From Candidatus Eiseniibacteriota bacterium (GTDB taxonomy: Bacteria > Orphanbacterota > Orphanbacteria > Orphanbacterales > Orphanbacteraceae), in NCBI GenBank assembly GCA_043809585.1, contig JBDROZ010000097.1:1-56270 (forward strand): 56,270 nt of DNA, given 5' to 3'. The notes beneath the pieces are model-generated. The model saw only the letters and a list, made by a program, of their open reading frames with translations. It ran no database searches and was not told the DNA's origin. Position 1 is the first letter of the stretch. The number at the start of each line of letters is the position of its first letter. Below, in pieces: positions 23,373-33,450 of this stretch. The translations under genes and the position numbers were made by a program.

Positions 23373-26204
23373 ATGATCTACCTGCTCTTCTTCTTTTCCG
23401 GAGCCGCGGGGCTCGTCTACGAGCTGATCTGGGTCCGGGAAATCACCCGCATCCTCGGCGGAACCACGCACGCCATCACCACGGTGCTCGCCGCGTTCAT
23501 GGGGGGCCTCGCCCTCGGAAGCATGATCTCCGGCCGCCGGGCGGGGGGCATCCGGTCCCCCCTCCGGACATACGGCCTCCTCGAGATCGGCATCGGGCTC
23601 GCGGCGGTGGCGGTTCAGATCGGCTTCGCCGCGGCGGTCCCCCTCTACCGGGCCCTCTACCGGGGGGCGGGCCCCGAGGGAATGCTCCTCCTCGCGGCGG
23701 CTCGCTTCTTCGTCTCCGCCCTCCTCCTCGTCATTCCGACCACACTGATGGGCGCCACCCTCCCGGTCCTCGTGGAGCATGGTGTCCGGCGGCATTCGCG
23801 GTTCGGCAATGTCACCGGTCTCTTTTACGGGCTGAACACGGTAGGGGCGGCGGTGGGCGCGGGGCTCGGCGGCTTCCTCCTCCTCCCCCGGCTCGGCCAG
23901 CGGGGGGCCCTCTCCGCGGCGGTGGGGACGAATCTCCTTCTCGGCGCCGCGGCCCTTCTCCTCCGGCGGCGGTTCGAGGGGGAGGCCGGGGCGGGGCGGG
24001 AGGCGGATCGGACAGTTCTCGAAAGAGAATCCGCGCCGGGGGCGGCTCTGGGCGCCCCCATCCGTGCCCTGGTCCTCCTCTCGGCCGCCCTCTCGGGCTT
24101 CGCGGCCATGACCTACCAGATCGGCTGGACCCGGCTCCTCATGGTGATCCTCGGCTCTTCGACCTATGCGTTCACGTCGGTCCTGGTCGTCTTCATCCTC
24201 GCCCTCGGCGCGGGGGCCCTGATCGTCGGCGCCACGGCCCACCGGATCCGGCGCCCTGTCTTCGCCCTCGGCGTCGCCCAGGGGGTCGTCGCCCTCGGGG
24301 CCCTCGGGATCCTCCCCTTCTTCGGCGGTCTTCCCGAAAAGGTGGCGGAAGAGCTCCGCCTGGCCGGGGGCGTCGACTTCACCCTCCTCGCCCGCCAGTT
24401 CCTGCTCGTGCTCCGGCTGCTCGCCCTCCCCACCCTCGCCCTCGGCACCACCCTCCCCCTCGTGGTGCTCACCATCACGAGGCGGTCGGAGGAGGCCTCC
24501 CGGCGGGTCGGAGCGGCGTACGCGGTCAACACGGCGGGCACCATAGCCGGGTCCGTCGTGGCCGGATTCTGGCTCCTCGCGGGACCGCCGGGCATCGCCG
24601 GGACCCTCGGGATCGCGATTACCCTCTCCGCGCTCCTCGGGGCCGTACTGATCGCCGGGGACGGAACCGCGGAGCGCTCCCGGCGGGCGGCCGCGCTCGC
24701 CATCCTCCTGATCCTTCTCGGGGCCGGAACCTACCAGGCCCGGCGAAACCCCCTCGACCGGGCGACACTCACGGCGGGGGCCTTCCTCGGGAGGATCGCC
24801 GAGCCGGGGCGTATCGTCTATTACCGGGACGGCGCGGACGCGACCGTGTCGGTCCACGTGGTCGATCGGGACGTCCGCATCCTCCGCATCAACGGGAAGC
24901 CGGACGCGAGCACCGATTTCGGGGACATGCCGACCCAGGTGGCGTGTGCCCAGGTCCCCATTCTTCTCTCGCCCCGGCCGGAGCGGGTGATGATCGTCGG
25001 TCTCGGAGGCGGGATCACCCTCGCCTCCGCCGTCTCCCACCCCGGAGCGAAGTCGATCGACTTGCTCGAGATCTCGGACGCCGTCATCGAAGGGGCGACG
25101 CTCCACTTCGCCCCCCTCCTCGGCGGCGCCTTCGAGGACCCGCGGGTTCGCATTCTCCGGAACGACGGGCGGAACCACCTTCTCCTCACACCCCACCGCT
25201 ACGACGTGATCATCTCCGAGCCCTCCAATCCGTGGCTCACCGGAATCGCGTCCCTCTTCACGGAAGAGTATTTCCGGCTCGCCCGGGACCGTCTCGCCGA
25301 GGGGGGCGTCTACGGCCAGTGGCTCCAGTCGTACGGGATGTCGCCCCGGGACTTCCGGATGGTGGTGCGGACCATGGCGTCCGTATTCCCGGAAGTCAGC
25401 CTCTGGCAACCCCAGTACGCGGATTTCCTTCTCATCGGCCGGACCGATCCGTCGCCAGTCCCCCTCGACTCGATCGCCGCCCGGATGAGGGAGCCGTCGG
25501 TCTATCGGGATCTCGAGTCGGTCGGACTCGAGCACCCTTCCCGGCTCCTCGGCGCCTGTCTCCTGGACGACAAGGTTCTCCGGGCCTGGCTCGGACCGGG
25601 CCCCCTGAACACGGACGACAACGGTCTCCTCGAGTTTTCCGCCCCCCTCCAACGCCTCCGGGACTGGTCCCGCACCCTCGCCGGCTCCCTCGCCCGGTCG
25701 CCCGGAAGCGCTTTCAACGGCATCGTCGCCGCCGATTCCGGGAATCCCTCCCACCGATCGGTGATCGACGGCGCCGCGCGGAACCGGCAGGCCCTCTTCG
25801 CCATCTACGAGATCACGGGGCGCGCCCCCGACCGCCTCACGCTCGTCCGCTCCGTGGAACGGCTTCTCTCTCTCGACGGGGCGGACTGGCGTGTCTTCCG
25901 GCAGATCCGGAGCGCCGCCGTCCAACTCAGGAACTCGCTCGCCACCGATCCCGGGCCCGGGCTCGCCGAGACTCGGCGCCTCGTCGGCCGGCTCGACCGG
26001 GAGCTCCACCCCCCACCCACCGGTCCCCTCACCCCCCCCGGCGTGAAGGAAGCCCTCGCCCCCACCTGGCTCGAGGAGGCGAAAACCGCCGGGGCGGAAG
26101 GCCGGGAGATCGACGCGGCCGAGCTCCGGGCGCGGGCGGGGCTCCGCGGCGGGGCGCCGGGTCCTCTTGACGCTGGCTATCCGGCGCAAGATCATGTAAA
26201 ATAA
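23373..26204 (+). CDS. Fused MFS-like membrane domain / spermidine synthase-like protein
   Basis: FFSGAAGLVYELIWVR repeat unit, GLGGGIT, DGRNHL, YDVIISEPSNPW, NTDDNGLLEF. Confidence 0.9.
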   Translation: MIYLLFFFSGAAGLVYELIWVREITRILGGTTHAITTVLAAFMGGLALGSMISGRRAGGIRSPLRTYGLLEIGIGLAAVAVQIGFAAAVPLYRALYRGAGPEGMLLLAAARFFVSALLLVIPTTLMGATLPVLVEHGVRRHSRFGNVTGLFYGLNTVGAAVGAGLGGFLLLPRLGQRGALSAAVGTNLLLGAAALLLRRRFEGEAGAGREADRTVLERESAPGAALGAPIRALVLLSAALSGFAAMTYQIGWTRLLMVILGSSTYAFTSVLVVFILALGAGALIVGATAHRIRRPVFALGVAQGVVALGALGILPFFGGLPEKVAEELRLAGGVDFTLLARQFLLVLRLLALPTLALGTTLPLVVLTITRRSEEASRRVGAAYAVNTAGTIAGSVVAGFWLLAGPPGIAGTLGIAITLSALLGAVLIAGDGTAERSRRAAALAILLILLGAGTYQARRNPLDRATLTAGAFLGRIAEPGRIVYYRDGADATVSVHVVDRDVRILRINGKPDASTDFGDMPTQVACAQVPILLSPRPERVMIVGLGGGITLASAVSHPGAKSIDLLEISDAVIEGATLHFAPLLGGAFEDPRVRILRNDGRNHLLLTPHRYDVIISEPSNPWLTGIASLFTEEYFRLARDRLAEGGVYGQWLQSYGMSPRDFRMVVRTMASVFPEVSLWQPQYADFLLIGRTDPSPVPLDSIAARMREPSVYRDLESVGLEHPSRLLGACLLDDKVLRAWLGPGPLNTDDNGLLEFSAPLQRLRDWSRTLAGSLARSPGSAFNGIVAADSGNPSHRSVIDGAARNRQALFAIYEITGRAPDRLTLVRSVERLLSLDGADWRVFRQIRSAAVQLRNSLATDPGPGLAETRRLVGRLDRELHPPPTGPLTPPGVKEALAPTWLEEAKTAGAEGREIDAAELRARAGLRGGAPGPLDAGYPAQDHVK

Positions 26205-26278
26205 GCGGGTATGGGACACCATCCTCGCCCGGGCCGTCCGGGATTACTCAAGTAGCGCTCCCGCGAAAGGAATCGTCC

Positions 26279-28909
26279 ATGAAACGCCTGGCGCTCACCA
26301 TCACCGCCTTCACCGCCGCCCTGATCGGGGCGGCCCTGCTCTTCGCCCCGGGAGATTCACGCCGCTCTCTCACGACGGACGAAGTCGCCCGAGAAATCCG
26401 GGCGATGAAGAGCGAAAGCCGAGCGGCGCGCGAGGAGGCGGGTCTTCCCGTCGGACCGGGCGCGGAGCCGAACGACTGGGCGTACCGGCAGAGGGCCTAT
26501 CCCTTCGGCCGGCTGAACTTCGAGGAGCTGACCGTAGCGGGGGCGGAGGCGCGGGCGATGCGGGGGGCGGCGAAGGCATCTTCCCTCTCCTGGACCGAGC
26601 GGGGCCCGAGCAACATCGGCGGCCGGGTGACGGACCTCGAAGTGCACCCGGCGAACCCGAGCATTCTCTACGCCGCCATGGCGAGCGGCGGCGTCTTCCG
26701 GTCGGCCGACGCCGGCGTGAGCTGGACCCCGATCTTCGACGAGCAGGCGGCGCTCACCATCGGCGACATCGCCATCGACCCGGAGAACCCGGACGTGGTT
26801 TGGGTCGGCACGGGGGAGGCGAACTCGTCGAGCTTCAGCTGGTTCGGCATCGGGGTCTACCGCTCCGACGACGCCGGGGCGACCTGGAGCTACGCCGGCC
26901 TCGAGGAGACCCGGTACATCGGCCGGGTGGTGGTGGACCCGGGGAACCCGGACCGGGTGTGGGTCGCGGGGGCGGGCGTCCTCTTCGGCACGAACCCCGA
27001 GCGGGGCGTCTACCGGACCTTGAACGGCGGGTCGACCTGGGACCGGGTCCTCTTCGTAAACGACTCGACCTCCGCCGTCGACATCGCCATCGACCCGGCG
27101 AAACCGGACACGGTCTTCGCGGCCATGTGGGAGCGGGTCCGGGGCCTCACCTACCGGCGAAGCCGGGGTCCGGGGAGCGGCCTCTATCGCTCCCACGACG
27201 GCGGCGACACATGGATGAAACTGACGGGCGGCCTCCCGACGGGCGACAAGGTCGGCCGGATCGGCGTGTCGGTCTGCGCGGGATCGCCAAACGTGGTCTA
27301 CGCGATCTACGACATGGAGAACACCTCCGGCAGTCTCGAGTGCCGGGTCTACAAGTCGACGAACGGCGGCAACACGTGGGCGCGAACGAGCGACGGCGCC
27401 CTCTCCGGCATCTACAGCACGTTCGGCTGGTATTTCGGCCAGGTCCGCGTCGACCCGACGAATTCGAACCGGGTCTTCGCCCTCGGCGTCCCCTTCTACC
27501 GGACCGAGAACGGGGGATCGAGCTGGAGCCAGGTCGGGTCCTCGAACCACGTGGACCACCACGCCCTCGTCTTCGACCCGGTCACGCCTACCCGGATCTG
27601 GGAGGGGAACGACGGGGGAATCTACGTCAGCGAGAACCAAGGCGACTCGTGGACGAAGCTCTACGACCAGCCGACGAACCAGTTCTACAAGATCGAGATC
27701 GACAACCTCCAGCCCCAGCGGATCTATGGGGGGACCCAGGACAACGGCACGCTCCGGACGCTGACGGGGGCGACCGACGACTGGACCAACATCTTCGGCG
27801 GCGACGGGTTCACCACCCTCGTCCATCCGGCGAACTCGAACATGATCTGGGCGGGCTACCAGTACGGGAACTACTACGAGTCGACCGACCTCGGATCCTC
27901 GTGGGACTGGGCCCTCAGCGGGGTCAGCAGCGCCGACCGGCGGAACTGGTCGTCCCCCCTCGTGTTCGATCCCTCGGACCCGGAGACCATGTACTACGGA
28001 ACCTACCGGGTGTGGCGGTCCGTGAACGGGAGCGCGTCGTGGACGTCGATCAGCCCGGACCTGACGGGGGGCGATCACGGCTCCGGATTCGGAACGGTGA
28101 CCACCATCGCCGTCTCGCCGGCGGATCCGGACGTGATCTGGGCCGGGACGGACGACTCGAACGTGTGGGTCACGCAGAACGGCGGGTCGACATGGAGCAA
28201 CGTCTCCGCCTCCTTGCCGAACCGGTGGGTCACGTGCGTGGAGCCGGACCCCGCCAACCCGTCCGTGGCCTACGTCACCTTCTCCGGGCTCCGCTGGGAC
28301 CAGGAGATCTCCCACGTCTACCGGACCGGGAATCTCGGTTCCACGTGGTCCGACATCAGCGCCAACCTGCCCGAGTCGCCGACCAACGTGATCCTCGTCG
28401 ATCCGGGCGCGCCGTCGACCCTCTACCTCGGTTCCGACGTCGGCTGCTTCTACTCGACGGACACGGGGGCATCCTGGTCGGTCCTCGGTGCGGGCCTCCC
28501 CGCGGTGCCGGTCTGGGATCTCGATTTCCACGAGCCGACCCGCACGCTCGTGGCGGGGACCCACGGGCGGAGCGCCCACTCGATCGACCTCTCCGTCTCC
28601 ACGGCGGTGGAGGAGGGGATCCCCTCGGCCCGGACCGGGGCGCGGCTCGAGAACGCGCCGAACCCGTTCAACCCGTCGACGACGGTCACCTATCGCCTCG
28701 GAGAGGCGTCGGACGTGACCCTTTCGGTATACGATCTCGCGGGGCGCCGGGTCCGCGCCTTGGACGAGGGGATGCGGAGCGCCGGCGAACATCGCGCCGT
28801 CTGGAACGGCGAGGACGAAGGGGGCCGGGCCGCGGCGAGCGGCACGTACTTCCTCCGCCTCGAAACGGAAGGCGGGACGTTGACCCACAAAATGAGCTTG
28901 GTCCGGTAG
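26279..28909 (+). CDS. Secreted BNR/VPS10-type beta-propeller protein with FlgD-Ig/T9SS-like C-terminal domain
   Basis: GPSNIGGR, many SxDxGxTW Asp-box repeats, GTHGRS, and C-terminal NAPNPFNP...SGTYFLRL. Confidence 0.88.
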   Translation: MKRLALTITAFTAALIGAALLFAPGDSRRSLTTDEVAREIRAMKSESRAAREEAGLPVGPGAEPNDWAYRQRAYPFGRLNFEELTVAGAEARAMRGAAKASSLSWTERGPSNIGGRVTDLEVHPANPSILYAAMASGGVFRSADAGVSWTPIFDEQAALTIGDIAIDPENPDVVWVGTGEANSSSFSWFGIGVYRSDDAGATWSYAGLEETRYIGRVVVDPGNPDRVWVAGAGVLFGTNPERGVYRTLNGGSTWDRVLFVNDSTSAVDIAIDPAKPDTVFAAMWERVRGLTYRRSRGPGSGLYRSHDGGDTWMKLTGGLPTGDKVGRIGVSVCAGSPNVVYAIYDMENTSGSLECRVYKSTNGGNTWARTSDGALSGIYSTFGWYFGQVRVDPTNSNRVFALGVPFYRTENGGSSWSQVGSSNHVDHHALVFDPVTPTRIWEGNDGGIYVSENQGDSWTKLYDQPTNQFYKIEIDNLQPQRIYGGTQDNGTLRTLTGATDDWTNIFGGDGFTTLVHPANSNMIWAGYQYGNYYESTDLGSSWDWALSGVSSADRRNWSSPLVFDPSDPETMYYGTYRVWRSVNGSASWTSISPDLTGGDHGSGFGTVTTIAVSPADPDVIWAGTDDSNVWVTQNGGSTWSNVSASLPNRWVTCVEPDPANPSVAYVTFSGLRWDQEISHVYRTGNLGSTWSDISANLPESPTNVILVDPGAPSTLYLGSDVGCFYSTDTGASWSVLGAGLPAVPVWDLDFHEPTRTLVAGTHGRSAHSIDLSVSTAVEEGIPSARTGARLENAPNPFNPSTTVTYRLGEASDVTLSVYDLAGRRVRALDEGMRSAGEHRAVWNGEDEGGRAAASGTYFLRLETEGGTLTHKMSLVR

Positions 28910-28930
28910 CTCGAGAAGAAGGGGAGAGAG

Positions 28931-31135
28931 TTGTTCGATCGAACGGGAATGAAGGGGATTTCGTTCGTACCGCTCCTGGCGGCGCTCTTCGCCTCCCCCG
29001 CCTTCGGGGACGGGCAGTACGAGAATACCTACGCCAAGGACTTCATCGCCGACGCGCCGTGGCGGGTCACGGACGAGGCGACTCCGATCCCGGTCACGGT
29101 GGTCTTGAAAGACTGCGACGTCGACGACATCCGGGAGTTGCACTGGATCCGGTGCACCGACGCGACGGGCGGCGGCGGGCCGGTCGTTCTCTTCCATCAC
29201 GACTTCGGTGACGAGCGGCTCGGCGACGATCCGCCGGAGCACAACTTCTGGACCTACGTCACGAACGTGACCGAAGGGCACCCCTCCCTGCCGGACGGCA
29301 CGCCTCTCGCGCCCGCGAATCTCGGATACGGGCCCGGCGACGCCATCCAATTGAAAGTGGAGATCTACTACCGGGACGACATTTTCAACTACACCGACGG
29401 CCGCACGCTCCGGGTCCATGTCGGGCACGGCCCTTTCCCCTGGCCCGAGGGGTGGTACGGCGGCGACACCCACTACCACACCATGTACACGAACGACCTG
29501 TACGAGTTCGGGGCGCCTCTCCCGGCCGTGCGCTTCTCCGCGGCCGCCCTTGGGCTCCACTGGCTCACCGTCACCGACCACTCGTGCGACCTCGACGAGC
29601 GGGGGGACGGCGCCTACTCGTACGGCACCGACCAGTGGGAGGCGACGATCCGGACGAGCGGCGGCGCGTATACGATCGTCCGCGACGTGAACGACCACGG
29701 CGGATCGTGGGGGGCCATCGGCGCGGACGCCGCCGAGTGGAGCGGCCCCGACCTCCGGATCTACCGTGGCGTCGAGATCAACCTCGCCTCGGTGGACGGC
29801 GACTCGTACGACAAGACCCTGCACGGGCTCTTCTACAACCCGTCCGAGATCCCCTCCCCCCTCTCCGGAGCGCCGGGCGAGCGGCCGGTGACCCCCTCCC
29901 TGACCGCGGGGCTCGACGCCTTGAGCGGGGGGGGCTTCGCCTACGCCGCCCACCCTCTCTCCGACCTCTCCGCCGACTTCGGCGGGATCGACTTCGGGGT
30001 GAACGGCGCCCGGTGGGGGGACGAAGATTTCGCGGCCGCCCTTCTTCGGGAGGGTTTCCGCGGGCTCGAAGCATTCAACACGCGGATCACCAGGGAGTCG
30101 AACGACGAGAACGACCCGTGGGGGGACTTCGACGCCGGCTCGGCGCCGGGCGATCCCTATCCGAACGAGCTTCTCGCCGGGATCTCGCTCTGGGACCAGA
30201 TGCTCGCGAACGACCTCGCGGCCCACCCCGGCGCGCCCCGGAAGGTCTTCCTCTCCGGCGGGAGCGACGCCCACGGCGACTTCAACTACGCCTCCCACCT
30301 CGGACTCAACGATTACGCGGACGACAACGCCATGGGAAAGGTGCAGACCGTCGTGCGGGTCCCCGGATACGGAACGGACAGCCTCCCGCCGGTGGAGGAG
30401 ATCCTCTCCGCCTTCCGGGCGGGACGTTCGACGGTGACCGACGGCCCCTTCCTGGAGATCGCCGTCGACCGGAACGATGACGGCGACTGGAACGGAGCGG
30501 GCGATCTCGGCCATGGCGACCACGGCTACGCGGCGCCCGGGGTGTACCTCCCCCTCCGCGTTCGATGGGCGTCCCTTCCCGAGTTCGGCCCCGTGACGGA
30601 CGTTCGTCTGGTCCGGGGAGACCCCCTCGGCGGCGCGGCGACGCTCCACCAGTTCGACCCCGCCGCCGGCGGCGAGGGGTACGGGGGAGAGGCGACGATC
30701 GATCTCGGCGCCTTCGGGTTCGAGGGGGACCGCTTCTTCCGGGCCGAACTCGTGACGGACGACGGCGGCGCGGGCCACCGGGCGTACACCAACCCGGTCT
30801 GGATCACCTTCGACGCGTCCACCGAAACCGTGTCCGCTTCCTCCCCGCCTCCCACACCCCCTCTCCGTCTCGCCGCCGCGCCGAACCCGTTCAACCCGGC
30901 GTTGACGATCGCCTTCTCCCTCCCCACCCCCGGGGGGGTGCGGCTCGAGGCGTTCTCGGTGGGCGGGCGAAAGGTCCGCACTCTGATCGACGGGGAATTC
31001 CGGGACGGCGGGCGGGGGGAGATCGTCTGGCAAGGCACGGGGGACGACGGCCGTCCCCTCCCGAGCGGCGTCTACTACCTTCGCATGGAAGGGGCGGGGA
31101 GGACCGCGACGGAGAAGGTCCTGTTGCTGCGGTAG
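28931..31135 (+). CDS. Secreted PHP-fold metallohydrolase (CehA/McbA-like) with FlgD-Ig/T9SS-like C-terminal domain
   Basis: GDTHYHT, TDH, GVE, AAHP, GGSDAH, TDGPF, YTNPVW, and C-terminal PNPFNP...SGVYYLR. Start at 28931 (TTG) or 28949 (ATG). Confidence 0.8.
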   Translation: MFDRTGMKGISFVPLLAALFASPAFGDGQYENTYAKDFIADAPWRVTDEATPIPVTVVLKDCDVDDIRELHWIRCTDATGGGGPVVLFHHDFGDERLGDDPPEHNFWTYVTNVTEGHPSLPDGTPLAPANLGYGPGDAIQLKVEIYYRDDIFNYTDGRTLRVHVGHGPFPWPEGWYGGDTHYHTMYTNDLYEFGAPLPAVRFSAAALGLHWLTVTDHSCDLDERGDGAYSYGTDQWEATIRTSGGAYTIVRDVNDHGGSWGAIGADAAEWSGPDLRIYRGVEINLASVDGDSYDKTLHGLFYNPSEIPSPLSGAPGERPVTPSLTAGLDALSGGGFAYAAHPLSDLSADFGGIDFGVNGARWGDEDFAAALLREGFRGLEAFNTRITRESNDENDPWGDFDAGSAPGDPYPNELLAGISLWDQMLANDLAAHPGAPRKVFLSGGSDAHGDFNYASHLGLNDYADDNAMGKVQTVVRVPGYGTDSLPPVEEILSAFRAGRSTVTDGPFLEIAVDRNDDGDWNGAGDLGHGDHGYAAPGVYLPLRVRWASLPEFGPVTDVRLVRGDPLGGAATLHQFDPAAGGEGYGGEATIDLGAFGFEGDRFFRAELVTDDGGAGHRAYTNPVWITFDASTETVSASSPPPTPPLRLAAAPNPFNPALTIAFSLPTPGGVRLEAFSVGGRKVRTLIDGEFRDGGRGEIVWQGTGDDGRPLPSGVYYLRMEGAGRTATEKVLLLR

Positions 31136-31364
31136 GCGTCAGTCCGTGCGCCGCACGACGACGAGGGTCATGTCGTCGGGGGACACAATACCGAATAGGT
31201 AGTTCGAGGGACACAATACTGAATGCCCTATTCGGTATTGTGTCCCCCGAATGCCGTTCCTACCTTCGCATGGAAGGGGCGGGGAGGACCGCGACGGAGA
31301 AGGTCCTGTTGCTGCGATAGGCGTCAGTCCGTGCGCCGCACGACGACGAGGGTCATGTCGTCGG
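31075..31364. repeat. 105-bp direct duplication (31075-31179, 31260-31364) flanking an 80-bp GGGGACACAATAC palindromic insert
   Basis: The copies differ at one base (31132 G versus 31317 A). Perfect 24-bp inverted repeat at 31176-31199/31227-31250, with a third arm at 31204-31225. Confidence 0.95.
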
Positions 31365-32652
31365 ATTGGGCCCGGCCGGCGGTGTGGGCGCGCACGGCCT
31401 TCACCACGGCGTCGACGATCTCGGCGGAGCTCTTTCCGAAGTTCTCCCGGAGGAGCGGCTCGAGGCGCTCCTCACCGAACTCCTCGCCCAGCTCCCCCCC
31501 CCCCGCGGCCATCGCCTCCGTGATCCCGTCCGAGTAGACGACGAGGGTGTCCCCCGGCGCGAAGAACAGGCAGTCGTGCTCGTACGGGACGCCTTCCATG
31601 GCGCCCAGCATCATTCCCCCCGGCTCGAGGCGCACGGGATCCTTCCCCTCGGAGAGGAGATACGGGCGGTCGTGACCGGCGCTGCAGTAGCAGACCTCGT
31701 CCTTCTCCCGGCAGAGGACGCCGTAGAAGAGGGTGGCGAACTTCACGGGGTCCGTGCTCCGGTAGAGGAGTTCGTTGGAACGGCTCATGCACTCGCATGG
31801 AGTGCAGTCGGCGAGGGTCTGGCCCCGGATCGTGGCCTGCAGGTTCGACATGAGCATCGCCGCGGGGAGACCCTTGCCCGTCACGTCGCCGAGACAGAAG
31901 GCGAGACGCCCGTCCCGCACCGCGATGAAGTCGAAATAGTCCCCCCCCACGTCCTGGGCGGGGATCGTCTTTCCGGCGATGTCGTACCGCTCCACGGTGG
32001 GCGCCGCTTTCGGGAGCAGCCCCTGCTGGATGTCCGAGGCGAACCGGAGTTCCTCCCGCACCCGGGAGAGGGCCTTCTCCTCCTCGTAAAGGCGGGCGCT
32101 CTCCACCACCTGGGCGGACTGGCCGGCAATGATCGCGAGGATCCGTTGGTCGTCGGCGGTGAATCCGCCCTCCCCTTTCTTGTTGTACACGGAGAGAACG
32201 CCGGTCAGCTCCGACTTCACCATGAGGGGGACGGAGAGCAGATTCCGGATCGACTCCTCCCATTTCACACCCCGGAAGCGGTCGTCCTCCCGGGGCCCGT
32301 TCGTGAGGAGCGGCTTCTTGTGAATCTGCATCCAGCCGAGAAGGGAACGGTCGAAGTGGTACGCCGTCCCCGCCGTCGACGTGGTGAGGTTCGTCCGCAC
32401 CAGGGTCTTCATGAGGTCGTCCTCATCCACGGTCTTCTTCTCGACCAGCGTGACGACCCCCTGCTCCGCCTCCACCACCTGGAGGGATCGGCGGACGATG
32501 CTGTTGATCACCCGCTCCCTGTCGAGGGTGCCGGCGATGTCCCGGGCGAGATCGTTCAAGATCGCGAGCTCCTCGAGGGCCCGCTTCAGACGGACGTTCT
32601 CCTCGGCGAGTCCGGCGACCTGGTCCTTGGAATCCTTGCTTCGACCGAGCAC
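31324..32652 (-). CDS. GAF + PP2C (SpoIIE/RsbU-like) serine phosphatase
   Basis: GAF domain, IQQGLLP, VGGDYFD, GDVTGKG, YSDGITE, QSDDMT. Confidence 0.93.
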   Translation of the reverse strand: MLGRSKDSKDQVAGLAEENVRLKRALEELAILNDLARDIAGTLDRERVINSIVRRSLQVVEAEQGVVTLVEKKTVDEDDLMKTLVRTNLTTSTAGTAYHFDRSLLGWMQIHKKPLLTNGPREDDRFRGVKWEESIRNLLSVPLMVKSELTGVLSVYNKKGEGGFTADDQRILAIIAGQSAQVVESARLYEEEKALSRVREELRFASDIQQGLLPKAAPTVERYDIAGKTIPAQDVGGDYFDFIAVRDGRLAFCLGDVTGKGLPAAMLMSNLQATIRGQTLADCTPCECMSRSNELLYRSTDPVKFATLFYGVLCREKDEVCYCSAGHDRPYLLSEGKDPVRLEPGGMMLGAMEGVPYEHDCLFFAPGDTLVVYSDGITEAMAAGGGELGEEFGEERLEPLLRENFGKSSAEIVDAVVKAVRAHTAGRAQSDDMTLVVVRRTD

Positions 32653-32818
32653 GGTGCGCCTCCGGCGGGTGATGGGGGGTGTTTCCGGACTTGGGTCATC
32701 TTACCCCCGCGGGGCATCGCCGCACAAGGAGGAAGGGGCGGATCGTGGTATGCTCGGCGGGCCGCGTCATCGGCATGCCGGGAGGTTGCGAGTGTCCCCA
32801 ACAAGGAGAAGACCGTCC

Positions 32819-33316
32819 ATGCTGGCGCCCACCCTGGTTCTCGCCGTTCTCGCCCTGGTTCTGCTCGGCCTCGGATACTCCCGGGGGGGCGGGGAACACC
32901 TCCAGGGCCTCCACATCGCGTACCGGATGATCCTCCAGGTGCTCCCCCTCCTTCTCTTCGCGTTCGTCACGGCGGGGATGATCCAGGTGCTCCTCCCCCA
33001 GGAGACGGTCTCCCGTTGGGTGGGGGCGGAATCGGGCTGGCGGGGGCTCCTGCTCGGAAGCCTCGCGGGGGGACTCGCGCCCGGCGGACCTTACGTCAGC
33101 CTTCCGATCGCGGCGGGACTCGTCCGGTCGGGGGCCGGGGCGGGCACCATGGTCGCCTTCCTGACCGGGTGGTCCCTCTGGGCGGTCGGGCGGATACCGA
33201 TGGAAGTGGGGATCCTCGGCTGGCGGCTGACGATGATCCGGCTCGCGAGCGTCCTCGTCTTCCCCCCCCTCGCCGGCTGGATCGCCCACCTGCTCTTCCG
33301 GCATGTCCCGCTATGA
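32819..33316 (+). CDS. Small permease (ArsP/DUF318-like)
   Basis: ATG after AAGGAG; hydrophobic, with GGLAPGGPYVSLPIAA and VAFLTGWSL. Confidence 0.75.
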   Translation: MLAPTLVLAVLALVLLGLGYSRGGGEHLQGLHIAYRMILQVLPLLLFAFVTAGMIQVLLPQETVSRWVGAESGWRGLLLGSLAGGLAPGGPYVSLPIAAGLVRSGAGAGTMVAFLTGWSLWAVGRIPMEVGILGWRLTMIRLASVLVFPPLAGWIAHLLFRHVPL

Positions 33317-33381
33317 CCGCCGCACCCCCGATCCCTCCCGAAGCCGGACCACCGACCCGCCGCCAAATCGGGAAAGCACGG

Positions 33382-33438
33382 CGAGCACAACTGCTCCAGG
33401 GCGCGGAGGAGGAGTCCGAGGAGGATAGCCACTACGGG
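33382..33438. repeat. Repeat family D copy, next to a 16-bp piece of family C (33332-33347)
   Basis: Inverted similarity to 6144-6199. tccctcccgaagccgg is the exact reverse complement of 6428-6443. Confidence 0.7.
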
Positions 33439-33450
33439 TGAGCGCTCTTG

